A DNA stretch of 20,840 nucleotides. It comes from a virus. Its lineage: Duplodnaviria > Heunggongvirae > Uroviricota > Caudoviricetes. Below the pieces are notes generated by a model that did not search any database, had not been told where the DNA came from, and saw nothing but the letters and a program-made list of their open reading frames with translations. Every line of letters starts with the position of its first letter. Within the stretch, counting starts at the first letter, position 1. Location: IMG/VR virus record IMGVR_UViG_3300017938_000005. One strand, 5' to 3'. Below are positions 15,288 through 20,840 of the stretch, piece by piece. Both the position numbers and the translations under genes were made by a program.

Positions 15288-15586
15288 TCGGACACCTTCT
15301 CGGCTTTCTCTTTCGGGACGAATCGCTCGACGCGTCTCACGTAAATGGCGACGTGCGTCGATTCTGCGAAGCTCGTCATGAGCATCCGCCAGCAGAGGTA
15401 CTGTCGCACGTCGGACTCCGTGTAGAAGATCCGCGTCGCGGTTCTTTTCTCACCCGGCTTCGGCTCGGGGCCATGGTCGATCTGCCATTCGACACGCTTG
15501 TCGTAATCGTCGTCGTTCGGCATCGGGATGCGGACGTCGTGGCCAGGGATCTTGAACTCTTCGGTCACGATGTCTTTCGTCGACAT
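15284..15586 (-). CDS. Hypothetical protein, first gene of the long operon ending in rtcB (100 aa)
   Basis: MSTKDIV start lies 6 nt after a -10 box. Confidence 0.75.
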   Translation of the reverse strand: MSTKDIVTEEFKIPGHDVRIPMPNDDDYDKRVEWQIDHGPEPKPGEKRTATRIFYTESDVRQYLCWRMLMTSFAESTHVAIYVRRVERFVPKEKAEKVSE

Positions 15587-15592
15587 GGCCGG

Positions 15593-15621
15593 ACGATACT
15601 GCGATCTGGCGTAGGACGCAA
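15593..15621 (-). promoter_or_regulatory. Candidate sigma70 promoter, leaderless geometry
   Basis: TTGCGT-N17-TATCGT-N6-ATG 15586. Confidence 0.6.
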
Positions 15622-15673
15622 GCGCGCCATCGTCGCTGTCATCCCAAGAGATGTCACTGCATACCAAGTCTCA

Positions 15674-16354
15674 TCAGGAAGGCGTCTCCGGCTTGAGCGT
15701 CGGCCCGAGATCAACGATGATCGGTGGATGCTCGGGCCGATACGGCGCGGGCGTGCAGCTCGCCGCGTTGACGATGATCGGCGACTCGCCTTCGCGCCCG
15801 TACGCCTCGTGCACGTGCCCGAAGACGTGGAGCTTCAGCGAGAAGCACCGCCGCTGGTAGCGGAGGAGCGATTGCGATCCGAAGTGGTGCTCCCGTTGCG
15901 TGTCGTGGTCCCTGCCCCGGTCGCGGACGTTCGCGGGCGGCCCGTGCGTGACGAGCACGTCGATGTCGCGCGGCGCGCGCTCGAACCGATCCACGCCGCG
16001 GTCGAAAAACGCCCAGCCCTGGAGGTTCGGGACCCAAGGCGAGCCGTAAAACTTGAGGCCCGCGACGACGCGCGACACGTCGAAGAGGAAGTGGACGTCC
16101 GGTACCTCTTCGAGGAGTAGGCGCGCCTCCGGCCTGAATTTGGCGTGCGAAATGTCGAAGCAAAAATCGTGGTTGCCGGGGACGATCACCTTGTGCGGAT
16201 GCGGCAGCTCTCGGAGCCAGAGCCCGAAGTCGATGATGGTCGAAATCTCGCCCGAAGAGGTGATGTCGCCCGCGTGAACGAGGACGTCGCCCTCGGGAAC
16301 GTCGAGGCTCCGATGAAACCCGTGCGTGTCGCTGATGCAAACGATGCGAGCCAT
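15674..16354 (-). CDS. Calcineurin-like metallophosphoesterase, MPPED/239FB-like (226 aa)
   Basis: All five motifs present: SDTHG, HAGD, GNHD, THGPP, FGHVHE; also YGSPW and VNAA. Confidence 0.93.
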   Translation of the reverse strand: MARIVCISDTHGFHRSLDVPEGDVLVHAGDITSSGEISTIIDFGLWLRELPHPHKVIVPGNHDFCFDISHAKFRPEARLLLEEVPDVHFLFDVSRVVAGLKFYGSPWVPNLQGWAFFDRGVDRFERAPRDIDVLVTHGPPANVRDRGRDHDTQREHHFGSQSLLRYQRRCFSLKLHVFGHVHEAYGREGESPIIVNAASCTPAPYRPEHPPIIVDLGPTLKPETPS

Positions 16355-16419
16355 TCGGTGTCCAAGTTCTACTACCCTGTCTCGGAACACGTCGCCTGAT
16401 TCCTCGGCGTGTCCCAATC

Positions 16420-17196
16420 CTAACTACGGATAGGATTCCCGTCGCCCGGATCGTCTGAGCCATCCGAACCGTCCGGTGTCTCGTTCCTAATTGAGAGGGA
16501 TTCTTGACGCCTCTTTTTCCACTGCCGCTTCTGCATCTTGCGGCGCTCGCGGCGGTTCTTCTCGCCCTCGAGCAGCCACCGAGGTTCGGGCACGAGCCGG
16601 ATCGTCCGATCGATGCCGGCTTCCTCGCGGATCGTCCAGAGCTTACCGAGGGCGTAGCCGAGCGTCTCGGCGGTGGGACTCCGCTCGAGCATGCGGATGA
16701 TCCGGTTCAGCTCCTCCGGAACGTGCGTGAGCGTGCGGCGGCAGCCGAGTGCGCGTTGCCGGCCTTCGTTCTCCTTGATGATGCCCATGGTCTTGAGGCG
16801 CGCATCGAACGCGGCGATGGAGATCTTGCGCAGGGCCCGCAGATCGAGCTTCTTGCCGCCCTTCATGAGCCACTCCTTTCCGCCCGCGCCCGCGCCATCC
16901 CACCTCCGGAAGCCGAAGAGCAGCTCCCGCTGGTAGTGGCCGCGCGCGAGCGCGTAGGCTTCAAGCCACGCGCGCTTACTCCCGATGAGGAGGTTCGTGC
17001 GGCCGACAGTGGTGATCCAGATCGCGATCTCCTGGCGCTGGTTCTTCAGGTACCCGAGCCAGTGATGCCACTCGCGTGCGGAGAGATCGGGCGGGGAAAT
17101 CTTGCTCCCGAGCGCTTCTGAAATTTGTCTCTCGTCGTCACCATCGTCGTCATCGGAGAATCGGAGCGGACCGAACTTGTCGCCCTTCGTACTCAT
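16420..17196 (-). CDS. Hypothetical protein (258 aa)
   Basis: ATGA overlap; acidic N-terminus, basic then acidic C-terminus. Confidence 0.8.
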   Translation of the reverse strand: MSTKGDKFGPLRFSDDDDGDDERQISEALGSKISPPDLSAREWHHWLGYLKNQRQEIAIWITTVGRTNLLIGSKRAWLEAYALARGHYQRELLFGFRRWDGAGAGGKEWLMKGGKKLDLRALRKISIAAFDARLKTMGIIKENEGRQRALGCRRTLTHVPEELNRIIRMLERSPTAETLGYALGKLWTIREEAGIDRTIRLVPEPRWLLEGEKNRRERRKMQKRQWKKRRQESLSIRNETPDGSDGSDDPGDGNPIRS

Positions 17197-17423
17197 CGCG
17201 CGTTCTTGTTCCAAAACCGGAGGCAGCGATGACAGACTTTTCCGAACGGCGTGCCCGATGATGCAAGTGGAGCTTCAGGCGGCAGCGCGTCCGATTTTTC
17301 GAACGACTTGAACGATCCATGCGCTGTCGCGCAGACCTGCCTGTCGTTTTCGAAAAGATGCGCAGACCACTGACCCCATCTACGCCAAACCATCACGACA
17401 GAGGAAGCAGTGTGGACGGTCAT
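17193..17423 (-). CDS. Small H/C..CxxC zinc-motif protein (76 aa)
   Basis: TGATG overlap; AHLF..VC..VCHRC. Confidence 0.7.
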   Translation of the reverse strand: MTVHTASSVVMVWRRWGQWSAHLFENDRQVCATAHGSFKSFEKSDALPPEAPLASSGTPFGKVCHRCLRFWNKNAR

Positions 17424-17749
17424 CACGTGTTCTTCTTCGGAGGAAGGCAGACCCATTCGTCGCGGCAAAGGAAACAGCGCTGGTGAAGATGCGTGCCTTG
17501 GACCGGGCATCCGCCTCCAAAGGTCCTTTTCCACCAGGAGCTACCGCGGCATGCACGCGGGATCGAGGGTACCTTCCATTCGGGATAGCCCTCCTCGTCT
17601 TTTATCCAGAGGGGATGCTTGCACGTCGGGCACCACGTCCGGAAGGGCGCATCCGGATAGTCTTGCGGCGAAGACGGCAGAGACGATGCAGATTTCTTCT
17701 TGTCCTTGTCGCTCTTCTTCGGAAAGCGAATGACGTTGTCGCCCTTCAT
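17423..17749 (-). CDS. Zinc-ribbon protein with NVIRFPK N-terminus (108 aa)
   Basis: CPTC..HLHQRCFLC; start placed downstream of a candidate -10 (ORF track gives TTG 17791). Confidence 0.7.
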   Translation of the reverse strand: MKGDNVIRFPKKSDKDKKKSASSLPSSPQDYPDAPFRTWCPTCKHPLWIKDEEGYPEWKVPSIPRACRGSSWWKRTFGGGCPVQGTHLHQRCFLCRDEWVCLPPKKNT

Positions 17750-17758
17750 CAAGAGCCG

Positions 17759-17834
17759 AAGATACCGCGCTTCTACGACCTTGCGAAACAAAGTCGTACG
17801 ACGTTTGGCAGTACATCAAATTTTGCGTTACGTT
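17759..17834. promoter_or_regulatory. Divergent promoter pair with central palindrome
   Basis: Minus: TTCGCA(17787-17782)-N17-TATCTT. Plus: TTGGCA(17805-17810)-N18-TACGTT-N6-ATG. Palindrome GTCGTACGAC at 17793-17802. Confidence 0.5.
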
Positions 17835-17840
17835 CGTCCC

Positions 17841-18671
17841 ATGGACGGCAGTGACGGCAAGGACGACAGCGGCACGGGCAGGAGTGCGGATCGCGCGCGC
17901 CGCGCGAAGGACCGCGCTGCGCGGGTCGCGGAACGCCAGAAGCGAAGGTTCGGCTTGGACGACAGCGAGAGCGTTCTCGGCGAACGCGTCGCCACGATCC
18001 TCGCGTCGTGCGCGATACGGGCGAGCGCGGAAGAGGATCCGTACCTCGCGCGCGTCACGTTCACTCTCGGCGTGCTCTCGGCCGTGCGCTTCAATTTCCT
18101 CGCGTTGAAGGAGAAGCTCATCAAGGGTTTGCTCGATCATCCGAAAGCAATTGAGACCATCGACGGCAAGGCGGAGGCCGAGGCGCGGCGCGCGATTAAT
18201 CTCGCCCGCTCGAAGGTCTGCACCCTCGAGATCCCACACGCCCAGACGTTCTTCGGGCCGAGCCTCGGTTTCCCGCCGTTTCGCGCCGACCTCCGGTTCA
18301 TGAAGCCCATCCCCACGAAGAGCCGCATCCCTTTCGGGCCGGACTTCCCGAGGTTCGACATCCGCGCGCTCGACTACACGATCATCCTTGCCATGGGCAG
18401 CGACATCGCCGATTTGGCGTTCAAGAACGTGCCGAGCCTGGAGACGTTCGGCACGGACGACGAGCGCTTCTTCGCCGGGCTCGAGAACTTCGCGAACTTT
18501 TCCGTCATCCTCGCGACCCTCGGCAAATGCGCCCTCTCGGACTGGAAGCTCGCGCCGCGGAGCGCGCTCGAGCAGTTCGCGTGCATCATGGCGGAGCACG
18601 ATCTCAAGAAGAGGCCCGAGGACGACGGCGACGATGGCAACGCAGGCGACGGCGACGACGACAAGCTCTAG
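17841..18671 (+). CDS. Hypothetical protein (276 aa)
   Basis: Strong GC3 bias; isolated plus-strand gene; acidic tail; its stop interlocks with the convergent gene's stop (CTAG). Confidence 0.8.
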   Translation: MDGSDGKDDSGTGRSADRARRAKDRAARVAERQKRRFGLDDSESVLGERVATILASCAIRASAEEDPYLARVTFTLGVLSAVRFNFLALKEKLIKGLLDHPKAIETIDGKAEAEARRAINLARSKVCTLEIPHAQTFFGPSLGFPPFRADLRFMKPIPTKSRIPFGPDFPRFDIRALDYTIILAMGSDIADLAFKNVPSLETFGTDDERFFAGLENFANFSVILATLGKCALSDWKLAPRSALEQFACIMAEHDLKKRPEDDGDDGNAGDGDDDKL

Positions 18672-19210
18672 TTCAAATCGGGATCGACTTCCGATTCCAT
18701 CTCGGCCGCGAACGCGCACGCCTCTTCGGTCGTCTTGAACCAGTGGACCTCGTCCGGCGGGATTTTCTTCTCCGCCTTCCACGCTGCCACGTCGCCTTCG
18801 CTCGTGAAGAAGTGCTTCACCCAGCACTCCCAAGGCTCGGCGCCCGGCCTCTTGTAGACGGCGACCGCGTGCGGCGACTCCATCGCCGACCAGACGCGAT
18901 CGAAGGCGCTCATCGTCTCGGCCTTTTTCGCCTTGGCCTTCGCGGGTCCATCCCAAGCGGCGGCCGCGCGCTTCGTGACGGAGCAATCGCGTCTGTGGCT
19001 CGGCGTGCCACTGCATTCGCTGCACGCCAGCATCGGCAAGGGCCACTTCGGATAGGGCGGCTCGAGGAAGCTCGGTGACGCGAAGCTGCACTCGCTGCAG
19101 ATGCCGCAGTCGTCGCAGAAGAACGTGCGACCGCAGGCCGGGCACGTCTCGTTTTGCTGGTGCCCGATGACGCGACGGTGTGGGTCGATGGTGCGGCGCT
19201 TGATGGACAA
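18668..19210 (-). CDS. Cys-rich multi-zinc hypothetical protein (about 180 aa; start uncertain)
   Basis: CPAC, CDDC, CSEC twice and H..C; TTG 19210 preferred, GTG 19246 possible. Confidence 0.75.
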   Translation of the reverse strand: MSIKRRTIDPHRRVIGHQQNETCPACGRTFFCDDCGICSECSFASPSFLEPPYPKWPLPMLACSECSGTPSHRRDCSVTKRAAAAWDGPAKAKAKKAETMSAFDRVWSAMESPHAVAVYKRPGAEPWECWVKHFFTSEGDVAAWKAEKKIPPDEVHWFKTTEEACAFAAEMESEVDPDLN

Positions 19211-19221
19211 GATCGCTCTCG

Positions 19222-19794
19222 TTAGCTTCCGATCTTCTCGAGCCACGCGAGAAGCTTTTGCAGCTCCTTGCCCGGCCCGATGCCTTCGCTCTTGGCGTAC
19301 GCGACGAGCCGTCCGATGTTCTCGGAAGCGGCGCGGATTTCCTTGGACGAGGGAACGCCTTCGAGCGAGAGAGTTTCTTCGGACGAGGAATGCGCTGCGC
19401 TCTTTTTCGGGGACTTCGGCGCAGCTTTGCCGGGACCCTCGATCCAGACGATCGCGCGCCTCTTTCTCCGCGTCAGCCTCTTGTCCCCGCTGTCGTGAAG
19501 GAGCCCCTTCAAGACGAGCCCGTTGCGCCGGGCGCTCGCGCTCTGGTGGCAGAGCCCGGTGCCGACCTCGATCTCGTCGTCGGTCGCGCCGCGTCCTTTC
19601 CGTCCATGGATGAAGCCGAGGACCTTGGCCTCGTCGCGGGCTTTCGTGGGCTTCTTCGCGACGGCCGCTTCCTCGCTCGTCTCGGAACCGCGCACGAAGG
19701 GGACGCTTCCGTTCGCGCTGCCGTTCGCGGCGCCGTTCGAGCCGCTGGTGATCTCGCCTTCGCCCACACCGTCGCCCATGCCGTCGCTGTTCAT
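19222..19794 (-). CDS. Winged-helix DNA-binding protein, phage type (190 aa)
   Basis: VLGFI..GATDDEIE..GL.HQSASARR.GLV.KGL..DSG..R.T...RA.VW; TAGGAT-N7-ATG upstream. Confidence 0.85.
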   Translation of the reverse strand: MNSDGMGDGVGEGEITSGSNGAANGSANGSVPFVRGSETSEEAAVAKKPTKARDEAKVLGFIHGRKGRGATDDEIEVGTGLCHQSASARRNGLVLKGLLHDSGDKRLTRRKRRAIVWIEGPGKAAPKSPKKSAAHSSSEETLSLEGVPSSKEIRAASENIGRLVAYAKSEGIGPGKELQKLLAWLEKIGS

Positions 19795-19842
19795 GACGCG
19801 CATCCTAGATCAGTCCGTCGCGCGCGGATACGTCATTTCGCA

Positions 19843-20175
19843 TTACGAAGCGCCTCCGGTCTTTTTCTCCTTCTCCACCTCCGCCTCCGCGAGCAAAATG
19901 TGTCGAAGCTCGTCGAGCCGCACGAGCGCGATCTCGAGCTTCGCGGCGCGGGCCGCGTCCACGTGCTCCGGCGGCGCGGGCTTCGCGTCCACCGGTGCGC
20001 GGCCGAAGGCGGCGAGGAAGTGCGCGACGTCGCCGAAGACTTCCGCGATGAGCTTCGATTCGGCACGCTTGTCGTGACCCGGCGCGAAGAAGGAGCCGAG
20101 GGGCTTTGCCCGATGAAGGCGCGATGCCCGACGAATAGGATCTCTGCCCGACGATCCGCCGAAAAATTTTGACAA
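19843..20175 (-). CDS. Hypothetical protein, start uncertain (possibly 5'-degenerate)
   Basis: C-terminal ~75 aa (AESKLIAEVFGD...KKTGGAS) look coding, but there is no good start or SD; TTG 20175 is the nearest upstream in-frame start. Confidence 0.45.
   Translation of the reverse strand: MSKFFGGSSGRDPIRRASRLHRAKPLGSFFAPGHDKRAESKLIAEVFGDVAHFLAAFGRAPVDAKPAPPEHVDAARAAKLEIALVRLDELRHILLAEAEVEKEKKTGGAS
20107..20154. repeat. Three direct repeats TGCCCGAYGA
   Basis: At 20107, 20125 and 20145 (spacings 18 and 20), followed by GAAAAATTTTGACAA. Confidence 0.6.
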
Positions 20176-20326
20176 CCAACTACGACAGCAGGAAGCTCTC
20201 TGTGCTGGCGCGTACAGGCAATGGGTGTGTCTGCCACGCGGCGGTCGATCGTCGTCTACACGTAAGTCGGAACGGACGATCGTGACCCGGTATGAGGCAC
20301 CCCACCATGAGTCGCAAATAGCAAGA

Positions 20327-20363
20327 AGCCTCAGCACGGATAGCCGTCCGTATCGCTGAGGCT
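20327..20363 (-). terminator. Strong hairpin, possible minus-strand intrinsic terminator
   Basis: AGCCTCAGC-ACGGA / TCCGT-ATC-GCTGAGGCT (14 bp with a 3-nt bulge); on the minus strand followed by TCTTGCTATTT. Confidence 0.45.
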
Positions 20364-20480
20364 CTCACTTCTGCACGTCTTGGTGGCGCTTCGTTCCCGA
20401 CGCGTCGATGGGAAGTATCCATCGGCCCGCGATGACGCGCAAGGGTCCCGTTTTGTCTGCGTGAACCAACGGAGGCAACC

Positions 20481-20564
20481 ATGCCGTCCTTGCTCGCGGG
20501 CTTCGTCGCGCCGATCGTCGCCAAACTGCGTCGATGGGCGGCGAAAGCCCTTCCATGTCACTGA
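20481..20564 (+). CDS. 27-aa cationic amphipathic peptide (not in the ORF track), possible type I toxin-like microprotein
   Basis: GGAGG SD 5 nt before ATG; MPSLLAGFVAPIVAKLRRWAAKALPCH; first 14 codons all end in G/C. Confidence 0.6.
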   Translation: MPSLLAGFVAPIVAKLRRWAAKALPCH

Positions 20565-20565
20565 T

Positions 20566-20754
20566 TTAGGCGCGCTCGCCTCGTAGACGCTTCGCCTCCT
20601 TGAGGCTCGTCGAGAGGAGGAACGCGGACAAGCCGATGCCGAGCGACTCGGCGGCCTCCGAGAGCGTCCGCTTCTGCTCCTCCGTAACCCGGAGGTGGAT
20701 GCTGATGTCCTTGGTGACGTCCTTCCTTCGCTCCTTCGGCTTTCTCGCGGCCAT
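20566..20754 (-). CDS. Ribbon-helix-helix protein, DUF1778/TacA-antitoxin-like (62 aa)
   Basis: ISIHLRV strand, then TEEQKRTLSEAA and GIGLSAFLLSTSLKEA helices. Confidence 0.85.
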   Translation of the reverse strand: MAARKPKERRKDVTKDISIHLRVTEEQKRTLSEAAESLGIGLSAFLLSTSLKEAKRLRGERA

Positions 20755-20759
20755 GGGCA

Positions 20760-20820
20760 CTTGTAGCCACGTTAGGGTCAGGCGTCAACCCGTTGCCTGT
20801 TGCCCTAACGTGGCTACATT
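20760..20820. promoter_or_regulatory. Symmetric divergent promoters within a perfect 16-bp inverted repeat (candidate operator)
   Basis: TGTAGCCACGTTAGGG (20762-20777) and CCCTAACGTGGCTACA (20803-20818), 25-nt spacer; minus TTGACG-N17-TACAAG, plus TTGCCT-N16-TACATT. Confidence 0.7.
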
Positions 20821-20827
20821 ACGAATC

Positions 20828-20840
20828 ATGGACGCCGCAC
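20828..20840 (+). CDS. Probable start of a divergent gene (MDAA..., runs off right edge)
   Basis: ATG 7 nt after TACATT, matching the leaderless pattern; only 4 codons visible. Confidence 0.4.

Larger units (their letters stand above)
1..20840. mobile_element. Phage/prophage-like (or other large MGE) accessory region; host possibly Myxococcota
   Basis: About 45 short ORFans in tightly coupled operons, many Zn-ribbon microproteins, phage-typical N-terminal motifs (NRHERRA, NVIRFPK), RtcB, metallophosphoesterase, HerA-like ATPase and no housekeeping genes. No hallmark virion or integrase gene is in the window, so the element class is inferred. Confidence 0.65.

Noticed and set aside
8508-16354. 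RtcB plus phosphoesterase as a Pnkp/Rnl-style heal-and-seal pair
   Set aside because: RtcB uses 3'-phosphate/cyclic-phosphate ends directly, so end-healing is unnecessary and could be antagonistic; the genes appear to be in different transcription units.
16360-16437. Intergenic hairpin and 7-bp inverted repeat AATCCTA/TAGGATT
   Set aside because: Short, no U-tract, partly inside coding sequence; cannot be distinguished from chance.
18668-18671. Interlocked convergent stop codons (CTAG)
   Set aside because: Common compaction feature in dense genomes; no function implied.
17541-19145. 534-aa minus-strand ORF, and other long shadow ORFs (3895-5034, 8924-9880, 10097-11269, 19258-20172, 288-1058)
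   Set aside because: Arg/Ala/Pro-rich alternative-frame or antisense products of better-supported genes, expected in high-GC DNA; no motifs or coupling.
20169-20197. Perfect TTGACA as promoter for the 27-aa peptide
   Set aside because: No acceptable -10 at 16-18 nt spacing (GAAGCT).
1-20840. tRNA, rRNA, CRISPR array, transposase, integrase or att sites
   Set aside because: No T-loop/cloverleaf, repeat-spacer array or recombinase motifs were seen by eye; tRNAscan and CRISPR finders would confirm.

Overview
GC-rich, gene-dense window that reads like the accessory region of a large phage, prophage or similar mobile element. It holds about 45 mostly short hypothetical ORFs, about 20 of them coupled by 1- or 4-nt start/stop overlaps and many carrying CxxC zinc motifs. 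No structural, integrase, tRNA, rRNA or CRISPR genes are visible. Recognisable products: an RtcB RNA ligase with intact motifs (8508-10043, -), a calcineurin-like metallophosphoesterase (15674-16354, -), a HerA/FtsK-type (DUF87-like) ATPase with two C-terminal winged-helix repeats (3794-5533, +), a winged-helix protein (19222-19794, -) and a DUF1778/TacA-like ribbon-helix-helix protein (20566-20754, -). A membrane protein ending in an AgmX/PglI-like domain suggests a myxobacterial host (inference). The best candidates for new biology are: (i) a 27-aa cationic amphipathic peptide behind a structured, SD-sequestering leader, tail-to-tail with the orphan RHH gene and next to a symmetric divergent promoter with a perfect 16-bp inverted repeat; (ii) sigma70-like promoters placed for leaderless translation at nine transcription-unit starts; (iii) a switchable terminator-containing leader ahead of the HerA operon; (iv) tandem membrane paralogs with a shared anchor and swapped C-terminal modules; (v) RtcB coupled to an unknown 396-aa protein. 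All family calls come from motif recognition by eye; no searches or folding programs were run.
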